NCBI GenBank assembly: GCA_045402695.1
Contig: JAWPNA010000030.1
Coordinates: 1-56,101, forward strand
Direction: 5' to 3'
Length of the DNA: 56,101 bases
Origin: Acidobacteriota bacterium
GTDB lineage: Bacteria; Acidobacteriota; Polarisedimenticolia; JACPZX01; DASXTC01
The notes below the pieces were generated by a model. The model ran no database searches and had not been told where the DNA came from. It saw only the letters and a program-made list of their open reading frames with translations. The translations under genes were made by a program, and so were the position numbers. Of this stretch, positions 42,404 through 51,777 are shown one piece after another (position 1 is the first letter of the stretch; each line of letters begins with the position of its first letter).

Positions 42404-42865
42404 CTACCTCTCGATCGTGAATTTGCCGAAGGCGAAGCCGATGTCCACGCCGCGGCCGGTGCCGGCCAGGGCCAGCGACACCTCGCCCTTCGTCAGCGCC
42501 TGGGCGTCGGCGGACTTGCCGGCGCCCGCATGCGCCTCCGATTGGACGTACGAGCCGAACAGCTCCTCGATGCTCTTGGATCCGGTGAACCTCCCGGTGC
42601 CTCCGATGATCTCCGACTTGCCGAAGGTGACGCCGCCCCCTTTGGCCCTGATCTTGACGTGCGCGCTCTGGCCATTGTCGCACGTGATGGTGCCTTCGCC
42701 CTTGGCTGTCTTGTAGAAGGCCGACCATCCCTTCATGTTGAACTTCATCTGGCAAGTGACCAGCTTCGGCTTCTGCTCCTCGGCGGCCGCGGTCAAGGCA
42801 AGGCCGGCCGAAAGCGCGATGGCGCAGGAGACGGCCGCTGCGATCTGACTGGTGGATTTCATCAT
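42404..42865 (-). CDS. Small secreted Gly-rich beta protein of unknown function (internal duplication)
   Basis: Signal peptide MMKSTSQIAAAVSCAIALSAGLALTAAA. Two similar halves are visible (KGEGTITCDNG...GGVTFGKSEIIGGTGRFTG and KGEVSLALAGTGRGVDIGFAFGKFT). Confidence 0.65.
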   Translation of the reverse strand: MMKSTSQIAAAVSCAIALSAGLALTAAAEEQKPKLVTCQMKFNMKGWSAFYKTAKGEGTITCDNGQSAHVKIRAKGGGVTFGKSEIIGGTGRFTGSKSIEELFGSYVQSEAHAGAGKSADAQALTKGEVSLALAGTGRGVDIGFAFGKFTIER

Positions 42866-42970
42866 GCGACTCCCTCGTGGATGAGGCTCGCGCCTCGCTT
42901 GCGGGGCGGGCTCCGCATCTCCGCCCAGTATAGCCCGCTGCTCGGATCGCTGTCGCTTGCCGCCGGGGTG

Positions 42971-44890
42971 TCAGCCCTCGGGCTGGAGGGTGACCCCCCT
43001 GGCCTCTTCCTCGGCGAGCGCCGCGACGAAGGAGCGCAGCGCCGGGTATTCGCCGGGGGGGATCTCGCGGCGCGACACCGTCAGCGCGCGCGTCACGATC
43101 AGGACGTTTCTTCCTTCCTCCCGAGCCAGCTCGTAATGACTCTCGGCGAGCAGACCCGGTCCTTCGATCCTCCGGCCTTCGGGGAGTTTCCTGACCGTGC
43201 GGCCAGGTGGAAGCCTCAGGCGCGATTCGAGGACGTCCTTGAAGAGAAACGGGAAGAACACCGGGTGGCTCCGCTGGGCAGAGGCCGCCCTGGATGCAAG
43301 GCCCGACAGTTTGATCAGGTGCGGATTGGCCGCTTCGATGGAGCCGGACCGTGCAAGGAAGCCTGGAACGGCGAGGCCGGCGGTGAGCCGGGGCCCTTCC
43401 GCCGGCTGCCCTGACCGTTCGAGCAGATGGCTCTTGACCTGGACGCCGGGCGCGATCGCCGCCAGGAAGTCCGCCACCTCTTGCTGCTGCTCCTCCGGCT
43501 TCGACTTCAGGAGCGAGGCCAGCCACCCACGACGCTGGCCCTGCGCCTCCATCGTCAGGAAGCCCGTCAGGTTGCCCGAGGCATCCACCGAAGCGGAGAG
43601 TTCGAGTCGTCTGGCGTTGCGTTCCGGATCGAAGAGAGGTGTCGTGACCAGATCCCCCGCCCCCTCCCGCTTGACCACCAGCGCGTGCGCTCCCTGGTCC
43701 ACCCACGGGAGGTCGCCGTAGGGAGTGAACGGAGAGGTCGGATCGGCGAACAAATACCCCTCCTCGGAGGGGATCGCCACGATCGCGTGATTGAACGTCA
43801 GGGCCGGCTGATCCATCTCCAGCAGCCCGTCGTCGCGGGTCCTGATCAGGACCGGCCATCCTTCGAGGTTCAGCGCCTTCATCATCGCGATCATGAGCGT
43901 CGCCTTGTCCTTGCAGTCGCCGTAGCGATGGCGGAGCACCTCGCCGCTCGGATGCGGCCTGTAGCCTCCGATCCCCAGGGAGATCGCCACGTACTCCACG
44001 TTGTCCTGGATGAACTCGTAGATGCGCCGGACCTTCTCCGCCTCGCCGCCCGCCCCTGCCGTCAGTTCCTTGGCCGTCTGCTCCACCTCGGGGGTGGGCT
44101 GCATCCGGCTGGAGGCCAGCTCCCAGTAGAAGCGGGCGATGCCGTCCCACGAGGCCGCGTTGATGTGGACCCCGCTCCAGGACAGCTCCTTCGGAGCGAT
44201 GTTGATCCTGGGCAGCAAGTCCCAGGCCGGGGGGGCATCTGGCTCCTCCCTGTAGGCCGGAACGTCCCGCACGCGCCACCGATGCACCGTCGCGCCCGCC
44301 ACGTCCTCCCTCGTGTACTCCGGAGAGCCACCCTCGGTGGAGTACCAGAACGGGACGTCGGCCGGCACCTTCAAGGCGACGCTCATGAACCGGATGGGAA
44401 CGGCCTGCTGGAGAAAGAACGTGTCCCCCAGCCGGTGGAGGTCGTGCACGTTCTTCACGTAGCTGTACTCCACCACCGAGCCGGCCACCACGCCCGGGAA
44501 GTGGATGGATCGGTGCCTTGTGTCCGAGTAAAGCTCGAACGAGGCGAAGGCGGGGCCATCGACCATGTCGCGACCAGCGGCGCGGAGCCTCTTGCCCGAT
44601 GGGAGCAGCACCGAGCCTTCGAGGCGCTGGATCGTCTCCCCCGCGCCGTAGGTGAGAGAGGCGACGTTGTGCTCCTCCACTCCTCGGGGGGTCAGGACCT
44701 GCGTGCGATTCATGTAGCGCACCTGCGCGTTCGTGATGGAGAAAACCTCGATCTCGAGGCTCTCCTCCAGAACGATGGCGTCGTGCCCTTGGTGAAGCTC
44801 GCCCGCGTGCAGGCCGGGCACGGGGGATCCGCACAACGAAACCGCCGCCAGAAGCCGGAGCGCTGCGAGAACGGATCCCGTCGGCATCAT
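42971..44890 (-). CDS. Exported DUF3857 + transglutaminase-like cysteine-protease-fold protein (catalytic triad intact)
   Basis: The transglutaminase core YGDCKDKATLMIAMMKAL is present (Cys codon at 43913-43915), with FNHAIVAIP (His) and FADPT (Asp). I chose the start at MMPTGSVLAALRLLAAVSLCG (44890) so the signal peptide is N-terminal. The ORF start at 44944 is the alternative. Confidence 0.8.
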   Translation of the reverse strand: MMPTGSVLAALRLLAAVSLCGSPVPGLHAGELHQGHDAIVLEESLEIEVFSITNAQVRYMNRTQVLTPRGVEEHNVASLTYGAGETIQRLEGSVLLPSGKRLRAAGRDMVDGPAFASFELYSDTRHRSIHFPGVVAGSVVEYSYVKNVHDLHRLGDTFFLQQAVPIRFMSVALKVPADVPFWYSTEGGSPEYTREDVAGATVHRWRVRDVPAYREEPDAPPAWDLLPRINIAPKELSWSGVHINAASWDGIARFYWELASSRMQPTPEVEQTAKELTAGAGGEAEKVRRIYEFIQDNVEYVAISLGIGGYRPHPSGEVLRHRYGDCKDKATLMIAMMKALNLEGWPVLIRTRDDGLLEMDQPALTFNHAIVAIPSEEGYLFADPTSPFTPYGDLPWVDQGAHALVVKREGAGDLVTTPLFDPERNARRLELSASVDASGNLTGFLTMEAQGQRRGWLASLLKSKPEEQQQEVADFLAAIAPGVQVKSHLLERSGQPAEGPRLTAGLAVPGFLARSGSIEAANPHLIKLSGLASRAASAQRSHPVFFPFLFKDVLESRLRLPPGRTVRKLPEGRRIEGPGLLAESHYELAREEGRNVLIVTRALTVSRREIPPGEYPALRSFVAALAEEEARGVTLQPEG

Positions 44891-44990
44891 CGAACGGGGC
44901 GGCTCTCTCTTGTATCGCCGCCGCGGTCCGGCGTATAGTCGCATGGTCGATCCCCCGCGTCAGTTCATTGTACTTCAACGGAGGCACGCC

Positions 44991-47006
44991 ATGACCCTCC
45001 CATTTCCTGGTGCGCGCATCCTCGGAAGCGTCGCCGCGGTGGCGCTCTTCTGCGCCGGAACGCTTCAGGCCCGGGCCGCCGGTAACACCACTGACGCGTG
45101 GCCCGAAATCACCGCGGCGGAGAAGAGCCTGCGCGCCGTCGAGCAGGACCCTCAGGCCGACCTGGTCATCCTCAATAACGAGCGGCACGGGAAGATCCTG
45201 AAGAGGGCAGACGATTGGGTCAATGTCCTGGACTACCACTGGCGCGCCAAGGTGCTGGCGGACACCGCGAAGCGCTACGCGGAGATCCACATCCCCGGGG
45301 GAAAGTACTCGAGGGTCAGCAACATCCGGGCGCGCACGATCAGATCGGACGGAACGGTGGTGCCGGTCGACTCCGGCCAGATCTTCGAGAAGGTCGCGCG
45401 CCTCGGGACCAGCTACAAGCTGTCCGAGTGGGTGTTCAACTTCCCCGCGGTGGAGAAGGGGGCGATACTCGAGTACAAATACGATCGATACGACAACTCC
45501 GTGATCTACCTGGACCCGTTCTACCTCGAAGGCGCGGGGTTCACCCTGAGGGCGAGGTTGACGCAGGCGATACCGGACGAGACCGGCTACCAGATCCTGT
45601 GCAGCAAGTGCCCGCCGGGCGCCCAACCCACGGTCAAGCCGTGGCACGACGGTCCCGCCAAGGGGAGGCTATACGAGCTGGAGCTCGCCAACCTCCCCGG
45701 CTACCACGACGAGGTGTTGATGCCGCCACGGCGCGACGTGAGCCCCCACCTCGAGATGGTGCTGCAGACCTGGAAGAACATCTACTTCGAGTCGCTCGGG
45801 CGGCAGGATCGCGTCCTCACCGACTGGGACTCGGTGGCCAAGTACACGGAGTTCTGGTACCAGGCCGCGTCGAAGGATGGCATCCCCGCCCTACGATCGA
45901 TGGTCAACGGATGGCTGGACGGGATCACCGACCCACAGGAGAAGATCAAGGCCATCGTCCGGCACGTGCAGAACGACTTCCGCTACGTCAGCTACCGGTA
46001 CGTGGTCGGGGGGACCCGGGCCCTCGCCGCCATCGTCAAGGACATGACCGCAGACAACGAGGAAAAGGCCGTGGTGCTTGCGGCCGCCCTCAAGATCGCC
46101 GGGATTGACTCTGACTTCGCTCTCGTCAGCGGCAAGGACGTGGGAAGCTCAATCAACCCCGACTTCTTCAGTCTGTCCCAGTTCACCCACGCGATCGTCG
46201 CATTGCCGAAACCGGACGGCGCTCACGACTGGATCGACCCGACGGTCTCGTGCGCCCCTTATGGATTCGTGCCCTGGAAAGACTCGGGCGCGAAGGCGTT
46301 GCTCATCAAGGACGGACATGGCCAGCTCGTGGATCTTCCGACGCGACCCGAGGCGAGCCGCACCAGCTACCGGGTCAAGGTGACGCCGGGCGACGGCGGC
46401 AGGGCGGAGCTCGACATCGAAGCGGAGTTCGCGGGCGAGGATGGCGCGGAGATGCGCGCCGAGCTGGCCCCTTCGGCCGAGGGAGCGCGGGCGGAATTCC
46501 TCGGCGACTGGCTCGAAGGCAGGCTGCCCGGCGCGACTTTTATCGGACACAAGGTCGGGAACCTCGGCGACTTCGACGAGCCGTTGAGGATCAGCATCCA
46601 GGCCAGCGCGATGGGACTCGTGACCACGGCGGACGACGTCACGATGGTGCGCGGCTGCATCCTCTCGGCGAAGGAATCGAACCCCATCCTGCGCACCGAT
46701 CGGCGGCATCCGTTGAGCGTCGATCGCGGCTGGAACATCCAGGAGACGGTCCTGATCGAGCCGCCGGCGGGAATGAAACGCGCGGGGCTGCCCGGCCCGA
46801 CGCAGGCGGACGCTGGCGTGGCGAAGATCTCGTTCCAGTGCTTCCCCGAAGGAGAAGGCGGAGCCCGCTGCCTGCGGGTGTTCAGCGCGCCTCGGAAGCA
46901 ATGGCCTCCCCAGACGATCGAGAAGCTGCGCAAGATCTACGACCAGATCGTTCAGGTCGACCGGACCGTCGTGGCGTTCCAGCGGCCTGACGCGGCGGGG
47001 CCCTGA
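44991..47006 (+). CDS. Exported DUF3857 + transglutaminase-like protein, paralogue with catalytic Cys replaced by Asn (likely pseudo-enzyme)
   Basis: A GGAGG RBS lies at 44980-44984. Signal peptide MTLPFPGARILGSVAAVALFCAGTLQARA. The core reads MTADNEEKAVVLAAALKIAG (Asn codon 46056-46058 where the paralogue has Cys), while FTHAIVALP (His) and WIDPT (Asp) are retained. Confidence 0.8.
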   Translation: MTLPFPGARILGSVAAVALFCAGTLQARAAGNTTDAWPEITAAEKSLRAVEQDPQADLVILNNERHGKILKRADDWVNVLDYHWRAKVLADTAKRYAEIHIPGGKYSRVSNIRARTIRSDGTVVPVDSGQIFEKVARLGTSYKLSEWVFNFPAVEKGAILEYKYDRYDNSVIYLDPFYLEGAGFTLRARLTQAIPDETGYQILCSKCPPGAQPTVKPWHDGPAKGRLYELELANLPGYHDEVLMPPRRDVSPHLEMVLQTWKNIYFESLGRQDRVLTDWDSVAKYTEFWYQAASKDGIPALRSMVNGWLDGITDPQEKIKAIVRHVQNDFRYVSYRYVVGGTRALAAIVKDMTADNEEKAVVLAAALKIAGIDSDFALVSGKDVGSSINPDFFSLSQFTHAIVALPKPDGAHDWIDPTVSCAPYGFVPWKDSGAKALLIKDGHGQLVDLPTRPEASRTSYRVKVTPGDGGRAELDIEAEFAGEDGAEMRAELAPSAEGARAEFLGDWLEGRLPGATFIGHKVGNLGDFDEPLRISIQASAMGLVTTADDVTMVRGCILSAKESNPILRTDRRHPLSVDRGWNIQETVLIEPPAGMKRAGLPGPTQADAGVAKISFQCFPEGEGGARCLRVFSAPRKQWPPQTIEKLRKIYDQIVQVDRTVVAFQRPDAAGP

Positions 47007-47025
47007 TCCAGAGACGGACATCGTG

Positions 47026-48243
47026 ATGAACCCCTGGCGCGGCCTGAGCGGCCTTCCCCGTGACCTGTGGATTGTCTGTTCAGTGGTGTTGATCAACCGG
47101 ACCGGGACGATGGTCCTGCCGTTTCTCGTTCTCTACCTCACCCAGCGAGAAGGCTTCTCCGCATCCGAGGCCGGCTTCACACTGACTCTCTACGGCCTTG
47201 GATCCCTGATCACGGCGCCGCTCGCGGGCAAGCTCTGCGATCGTGTTGGCCCTCAACGAATCATGAGGACCTCGCTCTTCCTCTCGGGCGCGATGCTGCT
47301 GCTGTTCCCCGCGGTGCATGGAAAGACCGCCATCCAGGCCGCCACCTTCGCGCTCGCCGTCCTCAATGAGTCGTTCCGTCCGGCGTCCATGGCCATGCTC
47401 ACGAATCTGGCCCCTCTGGAAATGCGCAGGGCGACCTTCGCCCTGCACCGGCTCGCCATCAACCTCGGCATGAGCGTCGGCCCGGCGGCGGGAGGCTTCC
47501 TGGCGCTGGTTTCTTTTCCCGCGCTCTTCTATGTGGACGGTGCCACCTCGATCCTGGCGGGGCTGGTGCTCGCCTTCTCCTCGGTGCGCTCGGAGTGGCG
47601 CCATGAGGTCATGCCTCGAGATGACGCGGTGCATCGAGCCGGCGTCTCAGGATTCCTCGGGCACCTGCGAGGCTTCACGGACCCCCGCCTGATGCTGTTC
47701 CTCGCGGCGATGATCCCGGTGCTTGTCGTCTTCTTCCAGCATCAGGCGGCGATGCCGCTCTTCCTCGTGCGTGACGCGGGGATGCCCGCGTCCGCCTACG
47801 GTCTGTTGTTCACGATCAACACGGGTCTGATCATCCTGCTGGAGGTGCCGCTCAACCTGGCGATGGCCGGCTGGCGGCACCAGCGTGTTCTGGCGCTCGG
47901 GGCGTTCCTGACGGGGGCAGGCTTCGGCGCGATGGCGCTGGCCAGCAGTGTCTATGGCGTCGCGGCCACCGTGGCGGTCTGGACGTTTGGCGAGATGATC
48001 TTGCTGCCGGGCTCATCGGCCTACGCCGCCGAGATCGCTCCGGACGATCGCCGAGGCGAGTACATGGGCCTTTATGTGATGTCGTTCAGCATGGCGTTCA
48101 CGGTGGGGCCGTGGCTGGGCGCGGAAGTGTACGAGCGTTTCGGCGGAAACGTGCTCTGGAGCGCGGCCTTCCTGTGCGGTTGCCTCTCCGCGGCGATCAT
48201 GGCGCGCCTGCCCGATGCTCGATCGTCGATGCCGGGAACGTGA
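47026..48243 (+). CDS. MFS transporter
   Basis: About 12 TM helices, with the MFS loop motif GKLCDRVGPQRIM between TM2 and TM3. ATG at 47026 (GTG 47023 is the alternative). Confidence 0.85.
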   Translation: MNPWRGLSGLPRDLWIVCSVVLINRTGTMVLPFLVLYLTQREGFSASEAGFTLTLYGLGSLITAPLAGKLCDRVGPQRIMRTSLFLSGAMLLLFPAVHGKTAIQAATFALAVLNESFRPASMAMLTNLAPLEMRRATFALHRLAINLGMSVGPAAGGFLALVSFPALFYVDGATSILAGLVLAFSSVRSEWRHEVMPRDDAVHRAGVSGFLGHLRGFTDPRLMLFLAAMIPVLVVFFQHQAAMPLFLVRDAGMPASAYGLLFTINTGLIILLEVPLNLAMAGWRHQRVLALGAFLTGAGFGAMALASSVYGVAATVAVWTFGEMILLPGSSAYAAEIAPDDRRGEYMGLYVMSFSMAFTVGPWLGAEVYERFGGNVLWSAAFLCGCLSAAIMARLPDARSSMPGT

Positions 48244-48244
48244 A

Positions 48245-48274
48245 GCCCGGTCCCCTCTGGCGAGAGGACCGGGC
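48245..48274. terminator. Strong GC-rich hairpin in a convergent gap (candidate bidirectional terminator)
   Basis: GCCCGGTCC (48245-48253) pairs with GGACCGGGC (48266-48274). Three more inner base pairs close a 4-nt loop. It starts 2 nt after the MFS stop. There is no clear U-tract. Confidence 0.5.
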
Positions 48275-48322
48275 GATAACGGACGAGTTCGCCGGGGGGC
48301 GATCGAGAGCCCCGGCGCGCGG

Positions 48323-48976
48323 TTACTGGTCCTGCTTGAATTGCTCCAGGGCCACCATCTTCTTCGTCGCGCTGTTCCTGAGCTGGATCATGTCAATCTG
48401 CGCCGACGTGCGGCCCGACACCGGCGCGGCGGTATCGGGGTCGTCCGTCAGAACGATGCAGAGGCCGACGACGGGCAGCTTCAAGGGGGCAATCTTGTTG
48501 TAGAAGATGCTGTTGTCGTCAGCGGGGCCCCACTGCAGCATGCCGGCGATATCAGGCCCCTCCTCACCGCACAGCTCGAACGCGGCGCCGACAGCGTTGT
48601 AGGCGATCACCTTCAGGATGGACGAGTCGTTGGCCGCAGCGCGTGCCCGGAGTTGATCGAATCCTTCGAGCACCGGCGGGTCGATACGCGCCAGCCACTT
48701 TCCTGTCTCATCCTTCTCCTGCGAGCGAGATTCGACGAACAGGTAGACGGTCTCACTGATGCTCGCCGGTGAGTCCTGCCAGAACCCGCACTGGCAGGGG
48801 AAATCGGGCGTGCCGTTCTGATTGCACTCGATGCCCGGCGTGCACATCACGTTGGTCCAGGTGAGGGCGTTGGCCGGGGTGGCCACGACCAGCGCGCCGA
48901 TCAGGGTGAACAGGACGAGGCCGGCAGCACCGGCATGTGATCCATGGTAGCGCATTGTTCCTGCAGCGAGACCCAT
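48323..48976 (-). CDS. Orphan exported protein of unknown function (Cys-rich N-terminal segment)
   Basis: The TM/signal segment is AAGLVLFTLIGALVVATPANA, followed by CTPGIECNQNGTPDFPCQCGFW. The start is uncertain (ATG 48976 or 48955). The ORF start at 49159 is unlikely. No family was recognised. Codon usage looks less GC-biased than in the neighbouring genes (by eye). Confidence 0.5.
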   Translation of the reverse strand: MGLAAGTMRYHGSHAGAAGLVLFTLIGALVVATPANALTWTNVMCTPGIECNQNGTPDFPCQCGFWQDSPASISETVYLFVESRSQEKDETGKWLARIDPPVLEGFDQLRARAAANDSSILKVIAYNAVGAAFELCGEEGPDIAGMLQWGPADDNSIFYNKIAPLKLPVVGLCIVLTDDPDTAAPVSGRTSAQIDMIQLRNSATKKMVALEQFKQDQ

Positions 48977-49348
48977 CGCAATCCTCCGCCGCCCCCACGG
49001 GGCGAACATGCTGTTGTGCGGAGCAAGCTCCGCTGGAAATAAAAATCCGCCACCAGGCCAGCCGTGTCGGTTCGCACACCTCGCCTCGTACTTGCCGGGC
49101 GGCCATGCAGTGGCTGTGCCGTATGGGCCATTCTCACTCAAGATCCCATGCCAGGGCAAGCATGAAATTGGCGCCCCGCGTGGGATTCATCTCCTGGCCG
49201 GCACACGCGCTGCGCGCAGGCGAGCGGCGGGAACCGTCTGGACGGATCTCTGTCATAATGAAGGCGTTGCGCCTCCCTCGGATCGCGACGGGCTCAGCAC
49301 TGGCGCGCCGCGTGAGTCACGTCAGAGGGGCGAGGAGAATCCACGCGC

Positions 49349-49762
49349 ATGCCAAATCACCCATCAGGGGCACCCGGCGACGCGCCCCGTATCCTGATTG
49401 TCGAGGACGATCTGCACGCGCGCCGGATCAACTCGCTTGCTCTGTCTTCGGCCGGGTACGAGATCCACGAAGCGGTCGATGGCGCCGAGGCCGTCGAACG
49501 CGCCGTCGCGCTGCGCCCCGACCTGGTCGTCATGGATCTTGGCCTGCCCGGCATGAGCGGCCTGGAAGCCACCAAGCGCATCAAGCACGAGATGGCCCCC
49601 ACGGCGCCGCTGGTCGTGGTGCTGACCGCGCGCGCGATGAGAGAAGACGTCGAGGCGGCGCGGCGGGCGGGATGCGACGCGCACCTCGCCAAGCCGATCG
49701 ATCCGTTCGACCTGGTTCATGAGGTCAAGCGTCTGCTCGAGGCGCGCCCGGGAGCGGCATGA
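49349..49762 (+). CDS. Single-domain response regulator (CheY-like receiver)
   Basis: RILIVEDD, the phospho-acceptor context [13 protein letters not shown] and the conserved Lys context HLAKPI are all present. Confidence 0.9.
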   Translation: MPNHPSGAPGDAPRILIVEDDLHARRINSLALSSAGYEIHEAVDGAEAVERAVALRPDLVVMDLGLPGMSGLEATKRIKHEMAPTAPLVVVLTARAMREDVEAARRAGCDAHLAKPIDPFDLVHEVKRLLEARPGAA

Positions 49763-51357
49763 GAGTCTCGATCAGGCGGCGGCTCTACGCGGGAGTGGCC
49801 GTCAGCTCGGCACTCGGGGTCGCGATCCTCGCCGGCAATCTGTACTACGCCCACGTGCTGACCGCCGATGCCCGCAGGCTGGAGGCGGCCTCCACGCAGC
49901 GGGCGCGCATCCTGTCGATCGCCGCCGAGTCGCTGCAGTACATCCGCGACGGAGGCGAGGCCCGGCTGCTGGGGATCAGGGACGGACTGAAGGAGTTCGA
50001 CCGGGTGCTCACGGCGCTTCAGTCCGGAGACCCCCAGATGAGCCTCGAGGCGACGTCGGACCCGGGCACGCTGGCGGCGCTGGCCCGCGTGCGGGAGTCC
50101 TTCGAGAGCTTTCGTGACGCGATCGGCGAGGACCTCGAGACGTGGGCCCGGCTGGACGCCTTCGAGATCTCCATCTCGTACCGGCAGATGGTCGTGGACC
50201 GGGGCCTCGCGGTGGCGTCGCGCATGGGAGACGTGACCGCCGCTCTCGGCGCTGATGCCGAGGCATCGCTGGCTCGCCTGCATCGCGCGCAGATTTTCGC
50301 CGTGATCCTGCTGCTGCTGATTGGAGCAGGGATCATCTTCGGAGTGAACCGGCACGTGCTGGCGCCCATCCCCGTGATGGCCAGGGCCCTGGCCTCCGTG
50401 GCGAGCGGCAACCTCCTCACCCAAGTGAAGCTGCCCACCGACAGTGAATTCACCAGCGTGGCCCAGGCATTCAACCGGATGGTGCAGGAGCTGGACAGGG
50501 CCCGATCCACCATCGCGCGCAAACAGGAGGAGATCGAGGCCAAGAACGTCGAGCTGGTGCGCGCCTCCAAGATGAAGAGCCAGTTCCTGGCGACAATGTC
50601 GCACGAGCTGAGAACACCTCTGAACGCCATCATGGGATACACGTCGCTGATGCGCCGCGGGCTTTACGGACCCCTCACCGATTCCCAGAAGGAGGCGTTG
50701 TCGGGGATCGCGGAAACCTCGTCGGCGCTGCTGGGGCTCATCAACGACGTGCTCGACCTGTCGAAGGTGGAGGCCGGCCAGCTCACCACGCACGTTGCGC
50801 CCTTCGAAGCTTCGGACCTGGCGGCTGACGCCATCGAGACAATCCGGCCGCTCGCGCAGGAGAAACGCCTCACCGCGGTGATCGAGCCCGTGCTGGGCGG
50901 AATCGTCCTGACCTCCGACAGGGCGCGCGTGCGTCAGATCCTTCTGAACCTGCTGGGCAACGCGGTGAAGTTCACCCAGCAGGGAGGGATCACCTTGAGC
51001 GTCACGAAGGGGGACGATGGTGTACTGTTCGCCGTGCATGACACAGGGACCGGCATCCGTTCGGAGGATTTCGAGACGGTGTTCGAGACGTTCCGCCAGC
51101 TCGATGATCCCAACGTGCGCACGCAGGGAGGCACTGGCCTCGGTCTGGCGATCAGCCGCAAGGTGGCCCGGTTGCTCGGTGGAGACGTGACGGTTCAGAG
51201 CCTCGTGGGAGAGGGATCGACGTTCACGCTGCGCTTGCCGGCGACTCCACCGGCCGAACCCGCCGATCGTCCCGTGGGCGGCCCCGCCCCCGGCTTCATC
51301 GACGAACCCAGGGCTGTCCAAGGCCGGGAGGCATCCCCCGCCATCAAGAGGAGATGA
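49759..51357 (+). CDS. Membrane sensor histidine kinase (periplasmic helical sensor, HAMP, HisKA, HATPase_c)
   Basis: Two TM segments flank a ~150-aa extracytoplasmic region. The H-box [13 protein letters not shown]-box [13 protein letters not shown]1 VHDTGTGI and G2 [10 protein letters not shown] are present. The ATG overlaps the upstream stop (ATGA at 49759-49762). Confidence 0.9.
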   Translation: MRVSIRRRLYAGVAVSSALGVAILAGNLYYAHVLTADARRLEAASTQRARILSIAAESLQYIRDGGEARLLGIRDGLKEFDRVLTALQSGDPQMSLEATSDPGTLAALARVRESFESFRDAIGEDLETWARLDAFEISISYRQMVVDRGLAVASRMGDVTAALGADAEASLARLHRAQIFAVILLLLIGAGIIFGVNRHVLAPIPVMARALASVASGNLLTQVKLPTDSEFTSVAQAFNRMVQELDRARSTIARKQEEIEAKNVELVRASKMKSQFLATMSHELRTPLNAIMGYTSLMRRGLYGPLTDSQKEALSGIAETSSALLGLINDVLDLSKVEAGQLTTHVAPFEASDLAADAIETIRPLAQEKRLTAVIEPVLGGIVLTSDRARVRQILLNLLGNAVKFTQQGGITLSVTKGDDGVLFAVHDTGTGIRSEDFETVFETFRQLDDPNVRTQGGTGLGLAISRKVARLLGGDVTVQSLVGEGSTFTLRLPATPPAEPADRPVGGPAPGFIDEPRAVQGREASPAIKRR

Positions 51358-51752
51358 TCATGGGAGTTCCGGAGAAACCGTCGCGTAACAAGAAGATCCT
51401 CATCGTGGACGACGACCCGCATCACAATCGGATCGTGGGCGACCTCCTGCGAGCCGAAGGGTACGACGTGGAGGTCGCGATGGACAGCCCCACGGCGGTG
51501 CACAAGAACTTCGACTTCCAGCCCGACCTCGTGCTGCTGGACATCATGATGCCCAGGTTCAGCGGCACCACGGCCTGCCACGCGCTGCGGGAGCTGCGGC
51601 CCAGCCTTCCGATCGTGATTGTGTCGGCCAAGGACATGCCGGAGGACATCCTGGAGGGCATGGACTGGGGTGCGACGCGTTACATCACCAAGCCGTTCGA
51701 CCACCAGGAGCTGCTCAAGACCATCCACGAGCTGATCGCGGCGGGTGGCTGA
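51354..51752 (+). CDS. Single-domain response regulator (CheY-like receiver)
   Basis: [21 protein letters not shown] and YITKPF are present. The ATGA overlap with the kinase stop gives a start at 51354. ATG 51360 (7 nt after GGAG) is the alternative. Confidence 0.9.
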   Translation: MIMGVPEKPSRNKKILIVDDDPHHNRIVGDLLRAEGYDVEVAMDSPTAVHKNFDFQPDLVLLDIMMPRFSGTTACHALRELRPSLPIVIVSAKDMPEDILEGMDWGATRYITKPFDHQELLKTIHELIAAGG

Positions 51753-51777
51753 GCCGACCGCGACCGATGGGAGCCCC

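Noticed and set aside
42138-45647. 1169-aa ORF on the minus strand
   Set aside because: It is out of frame or antisense relative to four well-supported genes (cupin-like, small secreted protein, both transglutaminase-like genes). The sequence is extremely Arg/Gly/Pro-rich, so I treat it as a shadow ORF.
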